A stretch of 64,000 nucleotides of DNA from Eledone cirrhosa (Eukaryota). The translations under genes were made by a program, and so were the position numbers. Below are positions 48,326 to 61,750 of the stretch, in pieces. Location: positions 122,450,001 to 122,514,000 of the forward strand of contig OZ024740.1 of NCBI GenBank assembly GCA_964016885.1, written 5' to 3'. Numbering within the stretch: the first letter of the stretch is position 1; each line of letters opens with the position of its first letter. The notes below the pieces were generated by a model. It was not told the DNA's origin, ran no database searches, and saw nothing but the letters and a program-made list of their open reading frames with translations.

Positions 48326-51300
48326 AGGAGGGAGTAACATTTCATGAGTTACGACTAGTAGAATTGTCCTGTGTTAGGTCTTCCATACCTCTATCACTAC
48401 TTTAAACTCCAGCTATATGTGACAGACCACTGACATTATCCTGAATTCCTCCTCTCCCGCCTTTTGCCATTTAGCAATGACATAATACTTATCCTTCCTA
48501 CCACCCACCATCCTATCTCCCTTTGGGATAAGGTGGCTCCAATATTTGTGCCACGATCAAATGCATGCATTACATATTACAAAATGGTTGCCGTTAAAAA
48601 GTTATTCCAGAAGTAGAAACCATGATGAAAATCAGCAGAGTACCCTTTATTCAGGTCACGATGAACTCTCCAGTGTTGGTACAATGAAAAATGCATCCAA
48701 TATTCCTGTAAGGAGGGTCGTTGTAAACATTGCTGTAGAAATGATGCCAAAAAGGATAACATTGATTCTTCAGTTGTGTCAAAGGCCCAAATCCACTAGA
48801 GTTGTAAAACGTGTACCCTAACATTCTGTAAAGTAATTGGTGGTAGTAGAAAGGACATGCAGCAGTAGAGAACTTGTGAAACAAAGGGTAGAGGGAACTT
48901 TCAGTTGGGTTAAAGACAAATACCTCTCTAGTGTTGTAACAAATGTAAAATGTTCCCAGTCCACTTTGTAAATTTGGCAACGTATGGAAGTGAAATGAAG
49001 CCCCAGCCCATTTGACAGATCAGTGGCTCTGATTAAATAATGGCTTCGTCTGTGACAGCCCAACTAACACTTGCTAGCAAGGGAAGCGTTAAATAATAAT
49101 GATGATAATTCCGATGACAATGACGTAATATGTTTCTTTTTGACACCCAATATATATTTAAGAAAGGAAACTATTAATAGTTTCTGCGATTTCATCACAC
49201 ATGTATAAACGAATATCTAGGTTTTAATAGCGTTTATTTTGATTAAAGTTATCATTTTTGCAATCTTATTCCATCAGACTTCATTTTTTTTCATAATATT
49301 TGTAATCAATACTTCTTGAATTAGAAAAATGTACCATTTTCTTGTTTTCATTTTTTAGCAAAACTTTTACATTTCGTTGACCCTCTCGTTGACAGAAAAC
49401 ATCTGTACAATATCCAACACAATTCTTCCTATACCAATTCATTTTATATGTATTTACTCTGAATTATTTTGTATTCGACATTTAAAAAGATACATTCTCT
49501 TAAAGTTAAAGGGATATAGGTATGCAGCATATCTACTAACCTTAGAATGTAGTTCTTGTATAAATGTATACCTGCTACAGCTGGCATTTTCTTCCAAATC
49601 GCGTCAAGTTATATAAACCTAAATTGCACACATGGCATTTGTCTTCATCTGTATTTGAATTAACCTTTTTAGATATATTCTGAACACGTTCAATTTACCT
49701 ATTTATTGCAAACAGAATATATTTGAAAATATGTTATCATGTTAGTTTTCACCGAACTGAAGGTTTAGAATACATTTTTTTTAAAGTGTTATCTACAAGA
49801 TACATTTTATTCAACTATTTGCTTTGTAATAAGTATTTAACATTTTAGTGAACAAAATCCAGCAGTTTCAAATATTCTAGTTTGTCTTCCCATCTAAATT
49901 GTTACGTTTATAGAACACTATAATTGCATGAGCAAGTATATATTTGCTAACTAAATACAAGTGTATAGACTTATTTTCAAATGCACTTCATTGTAGAAAT
50001 ACCTTTTTTACGTTTCCGGACACTTTCATTAAGTCGTCAATACTATTGTCACAGTTCTGAGTGTGTGGAATGTCAATAAATGTTTCGCTGTTGCAATGTG
50101 CAGTGTTATTCAATGTAATGTCTAAATATGACATCAACTATTTCGTATTCTTATATTAAAAATATAGTATTACTAAGTAATAAATGTAGTGAAAAACAAC
50201 AACCCGTATTAACAAATAACGCCGTTCTGTTTGGACCGTTCCATGTGAAGAACACTTATATTTTTTTTTTCTTTTCATTTTAGTTAGGATTCAATAGGCA
50301 GGCATTTAATTCGTATTTATAATGTCTTAGCAACATAGGCAGTACAAACCATAGAATTCAAATCACGATAGTCATTTTTTTGTTTTAAAAAAAAAATACA
50401 GGAGAGAATAGGAAATATAAAGTTTATTGAATGCACCGACTGGTTCTATTTCTTTCTAATTAAAACGATTCCGAGTCAGGGAGAAGACGAAATCATTTTT
50501 CAAGCTATAGACTGTGAATTTAGGACTTCAAACGTTTATAGAAACGTTTAATTATTTCAAGCCATATTTATTTTCTTCCACTCAGAGCCATAGAGAATTT
50601 TTAAAAAACCCTGAATCTACGTCTGTTTTCAATATCATCATAACCTATTCACTTTTCATACTTGCAGGAGTTGACCTGATTTTCACGACCAAACACGAAA
50701 TATGCGGGGGGATGGTGGCACGTCTTGCTCATTCGTAACATTCTTGGCATCAACAGCCCTATGTCACACTTAACCCCAGAACCTCTGGAATAGAGGTTCT
50801 CATAGTGGGCGCTTCTGCTCTCGAAGAGAGGGGTGCGTTGAGAAGGTCGAAGGGGCTGGTCGGGGCAGTTGAAATGATACAGTAGTAAATCAAATATCAT
50901 ATGATACCTATTATATGTAGATATAGTAAAAGAAAAAATGTATAATATTTATTTATACATAGTATATATTATATTATTTATTATATATAAAGCGACGATT
51001 ATATGTATTATATATTATTTACAATTTAGGTGTAGACAGGTCTCTGTCCCGAGAGGGGGGGGGGGGCGTTGGCCCAACACATTTGAGAACATCTGCTTTA
51101 GAGTGCGTACAGGTTTCATTTTATTGATGAAATTTGAAAGACGCATTTGTGGTTAAAATGTTATAATTTGTTAAATAAGCACAGCTTGAACTAACGGTAG
51201 ATTATTCGTGCATCGAGGAGAGGATATACAAAACGAATTCCATTCTCACGTGAAAATTAAATACATGGATAAATCGGAAAAATGCTTGAAACATTCAATC

Positions 51301-52518
51301 TTGTTCTGACGTGGTTATAAATGTCCACCGTCATTTTTATGCGATAGCTCGAAGGAGAATGCAGAGCACAATGGGCAATTAAACGCACACACTGCGTATG
51401 GTAGCAAGCAGAATAGAAAGAATATGATATGAAAGGTGAAATTTCCTTAAATATATTTTGAATCGCGTGGGAAAGGTCGATAAAATCGACCCCAGTGCAT
51501 TACAGATGCTTTATTTTATCGAGCACGTAAGGATCAAAGGCAATGTTAACATTGAGGGATTTTAACTCCATAAAAGGCAGTAAATGCATATAACAAATAC
51601 AAACAACCAACGTAAGGAATCTCACAAATACAACACGAAACACATGACCAGGGTGAGGAAAAGAAAATAGAAAGATAGGGGTTAAGCAAAGCGAAAAACG
51701 AAAACCGCCATGAATTTACCACCAATCGGCCACACATCGCAGACTAAAGCACGGAAACAACCAGTCACCCATATGGACATCACCTGACAACACGTTGTTT
51801 GAGAAGGCTAGCCCTTTGAATTACAGTAATACTCCATGTGATGGGTTCCATAGTTTCTGTCTATTCAATGTCACTCACAAAGTGCGGGTTGACCCAAGAC
51901 TACGGTAAATAACAATAACAATATGCAAGATTATGTGTGCTAATTAATGGAGAAGCATAAAATAACAGATATATATATATATATAAATATATATATATAT
52001 TTTCTTAGAAAAACAATAATTTATTTTGTATGAACTAATTTTTTTTCCGTTGTGTACTGTAAAATTATTGTATGTATAAAATATTAGGTGCATCTTCGAA
52101 TTTTTTTTATATTTTGACTATATATACACAGGGTGAGTCCCAATAATCGGTACGTTAATGCATTTTATTGCAAGTTTCACATAACCTTTTTAACATCCGC
52201 TTATCTGAGTGGGTTGGCTATGTTTTTTTTATTTTCGTTACGACTTTCATTTGATGTACTTATCATTTCGTGATGTATGACCAGAAATGTAGTAAATATT
52301 ATAATTTAGAAAATAAATGTTGGATTTCCCATTTACTTATGAATCGCCTTGTGTTGTTTGAGGGGAGGGTCATATTGTTATAATACTGCCAGAAATAATA
52401 ATAGAACACACTCACTGTTTGGTTTGGATGTGTTTTCGTTTCTGTATCTTTTATATCTCCATAGTTAATTTATCTGGCAATCAATGTTTATCGTTGATTG
52501 ACCAACGGTTAAAAATAC

Positions 52519-52574
<56 letters not shown>

Positions 52575-52685
52575 TATCAAATATCTTTCATCACACATCT
52601 GTGACATCATCAGTAGTACTATAAGGGAAATATAAATAAATAAATAAAAATGGCGTAGACATTACAATACAACGGGAGGAAACTT

Positions 52686-52740
52686 AAGAGTACCACTGAT
52701 GATGTCACAGATGTGTGACGAAAGAACATTGATAGACTAT
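52686..52740 (+). ncRNA. Minimal hammerhead motif (mirror copy on minus strand, core at 52837-52843)
   Basis: CTGATGA(52696-52702)-T-GTCACA-GATG-TGTGAC-GAAA. Confidence 0.7.
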
Positions 52741-52754
52741 ATATATATGTATAT

Positions 52755-52789
<35 letters not shown>

Positions 52790-52915
52790 CATATATATAT
52801 AGTCTATCAATGTTCTTTCGTCACACATCTGTGACATCATCAGTGGTACTCTTAAGTTTCCTCCCGTTGTATTGTAATGTCTACGCCATTTTTATTTATT
52901 TATTTATATTTCCCT

Positions 52916-52963
52916 TATAGTACTACTGATGATGTCACAGATGTGTGATGAAAGATATTTGAT

Positions 52964-52971
<8 letters not shown>
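52916..52971 (+). ncRNA. Minimal hammerhead motif (mirror copy on minus strand, core at 52607-52613)
   Basis: TATAGTACTA-CTGATGA-T-GTCACA-GATG-TGTGAT-GAAA-GATATT-TGATAGACTATA. Confidence 0.7.
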
Positions 52972-53002
<31 letters not shown>

Positions 53003-53999
53003 GTATTTTTAACCGTTGGTCAATCAACGATAAACATTGATTGCCAGATAAATTAACTATGGAGATATAAAAGATACAGAAACGAAAACACATCCAAACC
53101 AAACAGTGAGTGTGTTCTATTATTATTTATGGCAGTATTATAACAATATGACCCTCCCCTCAAACAACACAAGGCGATTCATAAGTAAATGGGAAATCCA
53201 ACATTTATTTTCTAAATTATAATATTTACTACATTTCTGGTCATACATCACGAAATGATAAGTACATCAAATGAAAGTCGTAACGAAAATAAAAAAACAT
53301 AGCCAACCCACTCAGATAAGCGGATGTTAAAAAGGTTATGTGAAACGTGCAATAAAATGCATTAACGTACCGATTATTGGGACTCACCCTGTGTATATAT
53401 AGTCAAAATATAAAAAAAATTCGAAGAAGCACCTAATATTTTATACATACAATAATTTTACAGTACACAACGGAAAAAAAATTAGTTCATACAAAATAAA
53501 TTATTGTTTTTCTAAGAAAATATATGTTGGTTTTCAGGAATAGTCATGATTATCTAATTAGTTTTTATAATAGCATCTTACACAACGTATAGCTTTTCAA
53601 AGTTCCGTTTTGATTTGTGTTAATGTTAAATATATTTCACATGTTGCTATAGACACACACACAAACTTCTTACTTAACTTTTTAAATATTTATACCTAAA
53701 GAAGTCGCTACATGTCTCACGTTATGGTCTGATGATGTGGGTATATCGACAATAGATTTTGATTTTGCAACATTAAAGGAATATTTGGAATCCAGCCTCC
53801 TCTTTTCATTGAAGTTTTTAATGTTGTTCTTACACTAACCACGAGATACCACATCTACGATTGATGATATGCTTAACGTTGAGTGGTCTGGTACATATTT
53901 ATGTGCTTGTCGTGTTACCTATGTTGAAAACAGTGAATCAGATTATTCTTAACAAAAGCATATTTGTTTTAAAAGAACTCGGCTGAATTTCTCTTGCTA

Positions 54000-56800
54000 C
54001 GTGAGCATTCATATAAGTCTGTTTTTTTCTCGAAGGTGGTGTTCCTGTCTGTATGTGAATGTGAGAGTTGGGGGAAGAACGAGGTTCCATATTCAGGAAA
54101 AGATGTGTGTGGGGGGTGGAGTGTAGGTCGGTGTGGGTGGGAGGAGTCAGAGGGGTGGGGAAGGGATTCCGGAGGCTGAGTGTGTATATGTGGGGGTACG
54201 CACGTGTGTGTTGGTGTTTATACTTGGTGTGGATGTAGGTGGCGTGTTTCGAAAAAGAATGTGAGTGTATGTCCGTGGGTAAGTTCCTAATTTAGTACCG
54301 AGGAGTGTGCGATGAGGTGTTGGATATTGTTCATGTTATGGAGTGGATAGCTGGAACGATGAGCGGTGGTGTGGTGGTCGGAAGTGGGGAGATGTGGGGT
54401 GCGCGCGCAACAGGAAGTGGTCAGAGGGTCAAGGCAGGATGAAGGCATAGCAGTAGAGGAGAATGACAGGTGGAGAATGTCAGTGTGTGGTGAGGACTGT
54501 GTGTCTTTGTGTGCGGAGGTGCGGTGGACAGGAGTGAGGATGAGTAGGTGTGAGAGGTGGAGTGGGGAAAGGGTCATGTTTGGGGACGGGGTGTGTATTA
54601 GTAGAGGTGTTAGTGGGATGTGTGTGTGTGTGTGATGTGGTGTGGGTGGAGCGGGGAGAGAGAGAGGGAGAGAAAAGGTGTGGGGACGGTGGAAGGAGTG
54701 AGTGTACTGGTGTGTGTGTGCGTGTTTGGATGAGTGTGTGTATGGTAAAGGGGGTGTTAGTGGGTGTTACTATACTGGTGGTGGTGAAAGGGTTGAATGC
54801 GGGTGTGTTAGGGGGTTAGTGGTTGTTGGGTGTGTGGAGTGGGTGGTGTATGTAGATGTGGGTGTGTATGTGGGGGCAGGTGTGTGTTCGTGTGCGTGTG
54901 GTCCGGAGGATGTTAGTGGTATTAGTTGTGGGGTGGTTGGAGTGGATGTGTGAGTGAGGGTTAGTGGTGGTAGTAGGGTGTGTGGATAGTGTGAGTGCGT
55001 GTATATATGTACAGGTGGGTATGTGCGTGATAGAAGGAGGGGTGGGTATGTTAGTATTGTTAGTTGGTGGAGGGTGGCCGGGGGTTGTGTGTGTGGGGGC
55101 GTTAGTATTGTTAGTTGTGGGGTGCGCCAAGGGTCTGGGCGGTGAAAAGGAGGAGTGTGTTAGTTGTGTTAGTGGGGGATATATGTGTGGGGGGGGGGGA
55201 CAAGGCGGCCGAAGGCTACAGGAATAGGAGTGGTGAGTTCAGGCCGGGGAAAGTGTGGGTCTGTTGGGTGAAGATGGTGCGTTGTTCGACCGTGAAGCGG
55301 GTGGCAGGTGTTCTGTGGCATTGGAGTAGGCCACAGACTACGAGGTGGTGGGCGGAATGTCCAGGTGATCCAAAGTGGCGGGTGATGGGGGAACTCCCGC
55401 CGAGACGAATATCCCGGAGGTGTTCAGTGAAACGGTCCGCCAGGTGACGTCCAGTCTGTCCGACGTAGGTTGTGATGCACGGAGTGCAGCGAAGTCCATA
55501 GACTAGGTTGGAGGGGGTGCAACGGTGGGCGTGCCGGGCAGAGAAAGAGTGGTCTTTGAGACCCTGGAAGGTGGTGATGTTGGTGATGTGGGGGCAGGTG
55601 TGGCAACGAGGCCTGGAGCAGGGAAGGGAACCGGGGGGAGAGAGCGTGGGTTGGGGGGTAGGGAGCTACGGACGAGGAAGTTGCGGAGATTGCGTTCGCG
55701 TTTGAAGGAGGGTAGGGGTTGGGATGGGAATATGTGGGAGGTGGGGCGGTCGGACTGGAGGCGGAGGAGGGGTAGGGTGGAGGGGTGGTAGGTGATGGGG
55801 CAGGAGAAACGGTTGGTGGATGTGCGGTTGGTGGGGTGAAGGTGGTGGAGCGTTGGACAGCACGGGCGCTCGTGAGGGCGGTGTGGACGAGGGAAGGAGG
55901 GTAACCTCTGCGGATGAAATGGCTGACTAGAGAAAGGGCCTTGGACTGAAAGTCATCATCTCGGCTGCAGAGGCGGCGGATCCGGAGGAGTTGGTAGTAG
56001 AGAATAGAGTGTTTTGTGTGTGTAGGGTGGGAGGAAATGAAGTCGAGGTAGGAGTGGGAGTCGGTGGGTTTAAAGAAGGCGGAGGTGACGAGGGAGCGGT
56101 TGGAGTGGTCGATGGCGATGGAGATGTCTAGGAGCAGAAGAAGGGGAGAAAGGAGTCGAGCTGTTCTCGGGTGAGGGTTAAAGCTCCGATAAAGTCGTCG
56201 ATGTAACGACCGTTCTTTCGGGCGTGGGGCCGGTGTACTGGGCAAATATTTGGGCCTCAACATGGCCAACGAAAAGGTTGGCATAGTTTGGGCCCATTCT
56301 TCTGCCCATGGCTACCCCCATGACCTGTTGGTAAAACTCACCCGAGAAGGAGAAGCAGTTAAGGGTGAGGACCAACTCGACGAGGCGATGGGATGGGGTG
56401 GCGAAGGTCAACGTAGTGCCTGAGGGCACGTAGGCCGTCGGCGTGGAGGATGACAGTATAAAGTGACTTGATATCTAGGGTGAAGAGGAGGGGCTGTGGG
56501 CCAGGTGGGAAAGTGAAGGATTCGAACAGGCGAAGGGCGTGGTTAGTGTCAGAGATGTGGGAGGGGAGGGTGGTGACGAGTGTGGCGAGGATGGAGTCAA
56601 GAAAGGCGGAGATGAGTTCGGTGGGGCAGTTGCAAGCTGAGACGATGGGGCGGCCGGGGTTGTCGGGTTTTGTGGAGTTTGGCGAGGAAGTAGATAGTAG
56701 GGGTGCGGGGGTGCGGATGATGATGTGGGAAGCGGTGGGAGGGAGGAGGAAGGAGGAGACAAGGTGTTGGATGGTGGACGAATATTGTTGTTGGTGTTGA
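54000..56800 (-). mobile_element. Decayed Penelope-like element (Neptune-like): RT, CxxxxCxxC linker, GIY-YIG (~55235-55510), long CA-rich 3' extension
   Basis: PGRPIVSAC, FTLDIKSLYT, GVAMGRRMGPNYANLFVG, RYIDD, FFKPTDSHSYL, CSRPRCHTC, LVYGLRC..YVGQTGRHLADRFTEH; left boundary approximate. Confidence 0.88.
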
Positions 56801-57571
56801 TTGTTCCTCAATGTCAGTGTTGAACAAACGGATGAAGATTTGTTATCAGCACGGCACAGCTTTAATCGGGCTGTTTGTTTACAACGAATCCAATATCATT
56901 ACCCATATGTATATGTATATATGTGTGTGTGTGTGTATATATATATATGTGTGTGCGTATATATATATATGTGTGTGTGTATATATGTGTGTGTACGTAT
57001 GCCTACTTATAAATTTGTTAAAAGGTTTTTTCTTAAAATATTATAATTCTTAAGAGAATATTTTAAATTAGTACGCACCTGAATGTACGGAAGTAAGCCA
57101 CCATTGTAAATAGATCATTCTTTTGACATGTGTAATCAAGAATTCCCAGGAATAACACACACCTGAAGAGCAATACTTGAAACAATAAAGAAATGACATT
57201 AACCATTTCGTTACCAACCCGACCAAAATCGGCTCTGGTTCTATGAAATAAAATCACCTATTTTCAGACCTGTTAACTCTCCCCGGTTTGGCTCATTTCT
57301 CCCCATCTCCCTATTGTTGGCTATAGCTTTCAATATGTAAAATCTCCCCATTTTGCCACATTTTTCCCCATTTTGGGGTACCCTTAATCATGGTACTCCT
57401 CATCTGGGTTTTTAAAAGTTGTCATGTCTGCATTTTAAAGCTTCCCAATATAAATTAAAATCTTCCCACATAAATGTATATAAGAACCCTACCTGATGTT
57501 ACTGTCTTAATAATGAAATAATTAAAAATGTTGGTAAATACCTCAAAATCTTTCATTAATTAAAATAGTGT

Positions 57572-57702
57572 GTACGGCCCTAGCGATTCTGAGTTCAAAT
57601 CCCGCCGAGGTTAACTTTGCCTTTCTTCCTTACGGGGTCGAGAAAATAAAGTACCAGTAATACACTGGAATAATTGCTGGCCTTGTGCCAAATGTAGAAA
57701 CA
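57572..57702 (+). mobile_element. Meta-type SINE with 17-bp TSD
   Basis: ATTAATTAAAATAGTGT at 57555-57571 and 57703-57719. Confidence 0.85.
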
Positions 57703-59599
57703 ATTAATTAAAATAGTGTTTATTTATTTAGAAAGGTGTTCATTGCTGTAAATCTATGATTTATGACATTACATGTGTAACCATAACAAATTTAGAAATG
57801 TTAAACACTGTCGTTATAGCACCCAGGGATGCAGAATACTTTTGATTTTACCTGTAAACGTATAAATAAATAACATTTATGGGCTTCCAACTCAGTGTAC
57901 ATCGTATATAATATTGGCCATAAGCAAAGCAATATTCTTATTCATTCGTTTCTGCTGTCTTTAGAGCTCACTTTTGCAAGGAAGCAGATGTTGTAACTGT
58001 AGAACATTTTCCATGGTAATATTGGTGGAAACATGAATAATAAAGATCAATTTTAAGTTAATGGAGAAAATATAGACATATAACTGAAACAGAAATGCAA
58101 TTACAAATTAAGAGAAAAAACAGGAATATGAGAACTTAAACATTTAGAATTTGAGAATTGGGTGTTTAAGAAGATATCAATATAAAAACAAAGTATGCAG
58201 ATTAACAGTTACGATTTATAGAACAAATAAGAGAAATATTATGGGGAAGATACAGAAGACTCAAGTAGGGAAAGACAAAGACTGAAAGAGGAAGAGGTAA
58301 CTAAGGGAGTGAAAGTAAGCAATTTCAATTGTATGAGCTAGAGGGTGTCACAAAGAAAGGTTAAAATAATACAGAGGACTGTATATTGTAATTTTGAGAA
58401 GGGTTTTTTTCTGTGGCATTTTCGATGCTTTTATCCTTCCAGTATTGATAAAATAATTATGAATTAAGTATTGTTTAATATAACCGACTTCTCCTTCCTA
58501 CTGAGCCAATGTAAAAAAATATTACACATGCAAACTTATTTTAAAATGACACAAATGATACAGACTAATATTTGTCTATACAATATTAGAAAAGGAAGTT
58601 GTTACAACTGAGATGTGTCAATTGACACAATTCTTCAGTTATTTGTATTCACTTTTAAACAACCATGCCTGTATATCAATCACATACATCTATAAAATTT
58701 ACCTTGAAATAATGTAATGGACGTTTTCATTTTCTGCTCAGCAATATTTTTCAGTGATAAATCTGTGAATTACTTTTGTGTAATTCACCACCAAAATCAC
58801 ATTCCAGGACCCACCCTCTTGTTGAATGTATTGTACAGACGAGATGCTAGATTGCAATACATTTTGGCAGAAATGTTTTGTCTTTATTTGAAGAAAAGTC
58901 ATTGATATTTCTGGATCAAATTTATTATAAAGTTGCAAATGGTTGAACGGACGGTTCTGCAATGAAATAGTTTTAATGAAATGTGAATGTCTTTGTATAA
59001 ACTGGAATCACATGCTAGACATGAGTCTTATTTTCATGGAGAAAAACATCAATATAAGGCCAATTATAGTGATAGTTTTGCTATCAGAAAACTTCCCCTG
59101 ACCAAATCGTTGTATATATAACCCCATAAATCTGTGAACTTTTTTATTTTTTCTGTATTGAGCCTTTCTATTAACTGTTCAGCTTGATGTCAATGTCACC
59201 ATCCCTTGCAGATGGTCACCATCCCTGCAGATTGGACACAGCAATAAAACATAGACTTTCAGTTTAAATGTAATATAGAAAGGACAGGATATATATAACC
59301 TTCATATTACTTTTGCATTGCATGATGTATATATTTTGGATGTATGTTATGTGATTTAGCCTAATAGTTATGGCATTAGATATACTTGCTACCAGTTTAA
59401 TATGCAGAAGAACTTGGTTAATTAGTTATATAAGGTTTCTTCTGGATGTATCTCTTGCGATTATGTCTTTCCTTGGATATATAATTTACCTATTGAACTT
59501 TAATCGAGACCTTACTGCACTTATTAAAAGTATGATCATTTTACATTTTTATATAAATACAAACAATTAAAAAACTGAGCACAGACATTCATTGGTCTG

Positions 59600-59925
59600 T
59601 TTGATCATAGTCTGATGAATGACCTAAATCTCATTGCTCAAAGGCCTACTGGATCAAACCTCAATCCAGTAATACACACCATTTATCATAAGGCTAAACA
59701 TAATTAATTGTAGGCCTGCTGAACCAAAGAGTGATCAGGAGTAATATATAGTTGATCATAAATCTGCTGGATCAAAGAGTGAGCTGGAGATAAACATCGT
59801 TGATCATAGGTCAGCTTCATCAAAGACTGATTTGGAGAGAAACATCATAGGGTCGTTGGACCAAATCCTGATCTGGAGACAAACTTAATTGGTCATAGGT
59901 TTGGTGAATCTAAAGGCGATTTGAG
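59600..59925. repeat. Degenerate ~47-bp minisatellite
   Basis: Recurrent GTTGATCATAGG.CTGCTGGATCAAAGAGTGATCTGGAG.TAAAC units. Confidence 0.65.
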
Positions 59926-60202
59926 GATATGATTATCCTCAACTGTTTATTTACATGTGTGTCTGATAAAATACATAACAGACAAGTATTTATTTGTGTC
60001 ATGAATGAATGACTATCAACAGTACAGTGTAAGGCATGACTGCTCATTTAAGTGCAACAAACATAATATTGATAGATCAGGGTTCATTGACTGTTTTCGA
60101 GGAAGAAAAAGATGCAAAAGTGACAATATTTGTTTTATACTCTTTATATTTTCTATAATTTTAAAGATACATAAAGACCACATTAATCTATTTGATATGT
60201 AT

Positions 60203-60234
<32 letters not shown>

Positions 60235-60235
60235 T

Positions 60236-60262
60236 GTTTCTACTTTTGGCACAAGGCCAGCA
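60236..60262 (-). mobile_element. 27-nt Meta-SINE tail stub inside (AAT)n
   Basis: (AAT)n-TGTTTCTACTTTTGGCACAAGGCCAGCA-(TAA)n. Confidence 0.75.
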
Positions 60263-60961
60263 TAATAATAATAATAATAATAATAAATAAAAAGCAATAA
60301 CAATAATATGTACATTTTGGCATTTCTTACTTCATCAATCTAGATTTCATTGATTTTAATTTTAAAGGAAATTTATATTCATATTATTCAGAAACTTTAT
60401 GTTCAGTTGCAATAGCTAAAGAAGGAAATTGAAAATGCTGGTGTTCAATTAGCAACGTCAGACGAGCTGATTTATGTGCTGTTTTTTGAAATCATTTACG
60501 ATTAAATGTTTTTTATTTATTCCTTTTATCATTTTATAAGGAAAACAACTGTTAGATTAGATTAGATTCCTGTTCTATGCTGTGTAAACAGTAATATAAT
60601 CCATTTAGCCACCACTTCATTGAATATTTTGTTTGTTAATGCTGAAAACCTTAGCCTGTCCCTCATTGACTACAGATATTATTAGGAATAATATTTACTA
60701 CTAATATTTACAAATATTTACAAATAATACTATGATTTAATTGAATTTATTTAATAAAGGCTGATGCAAAATCCTTTTCTATTTTACATTTGACTGATGT
60801 CAACACATCATTAATTGATTAATCAAACTATCTGCATTATATAATTTATTAAACTAATTAGTTGCATTATATTGACAGACTAGACTAATCAGTTTAGATA
60901 TTAGTAGCAATGTATTTATAAGCAATGTCTTTCTGCACAGGTAAAAATTGTATATTTGATC

Positions 60962-60992
<31 letters not shown>

Positions 60993-61099
60993 CTTCTTCT
61001 TCTTCTTCTTCTTCCACTTATTCCTTATTACTACTAAGGTATTTGGCATAGTCTATGGACAAAGCACATCTCTAAAATTGTCAAGAAGGCTGAGGGTGT

Positions 61100-61725
61100 T
61101 TAGCATCACTCAGTAAGACTTGTGTCAGCTGTTTACCAGCTATCTATTTAAAGCTATGAATTTTCATCACCAGTCTGGGACCCCTATCTTGCTCAGAATA
61201 TTGATCTGCTGGAAACTGTTCAGAGATGTGTAACTAAATGAATACACTCCATCAGGGATCTACCATACTCTGAACACCTTGCTTCTCTGGGCATGGATAC
61301 ATTAAAGCTCTGACATCTGGCAACTGATTTGGTAGACACCCACATGATGTTTAACCATCTTTCCAACAACAATCCTAACACCTTTTTGAATTCCATGTGT
61401 CTAACACCCTGAGCATGCCTACAAATTAGAAGACTGCACAGCTCCCATGACTTTTCGAAACATTTTTTCATACTCAGATCTGCTGAAGCATGGAACAAAA
61501 TACCTGCATCAGTTGTTAGCTATTGTGTCACAGCATCCTTCAAAACTTCTATGCTTCCAGAAATTTGCCAACACTACACCTAATATTCCCCCTCCAATCA
61601 CACACACGCATATGCCTGTGTGTATATAATGACTCATACATTGTTCACTTTCATTATTTTATGTACTATACCTGCACTTTTGATGAGTTGTAGTGCACCT
61701 GAGCTCTGTACACAATAGTTTTCAT
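61100..61725 (+). mobile_element. CR1/L2-group LINE 3' relic
   Basis: PVWDPYLAQNIDLLETVQRCVTK*I..LPYSEHLASLGMDTL..R..FF..WNKIPASVV. Confidence 0.75.
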
Positions 61726-61750
61726 TATTTTATTTTTATTTTATTCTATA

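Larger units (their letters stand above)
51995..53525. repeat. ~1.53-kb near-perfect palindrome centred on (AT)n (~52770), built from PLE pseudo-LTR sequence plus flank
   Basis: Arms are reverse complements with about 4 substitutions seen and different (AT)n lengths; 52640-52740 and 53000-53160 are homologous to pLTR 11070-11348. Confidence 0.93.

Noticed and set aside
48546-48821. Possible host exon
   Set aside because: Short overlapping ORFs on both strands, no recognisable domain or clear splice pair
52129-53391. Mariner-type element with long TIRs explaining the palindrome
   Set aside because: Symmetry extends ~130 bp beyond the CAGGGTG ends, so the duplication is not bounded by a transposon
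53722-53860. Hammerhead starting CTGATGATGTGGG at 53729
   Set aside because: No GAAA/stem III/NUH arrangement closing stem I could be found
54287-55227. V/G/C- or T/H/P-rich ORFs
   Set aside because: Low-complexity GT/CA-skewed 3' extension of the Neptune-like PLE
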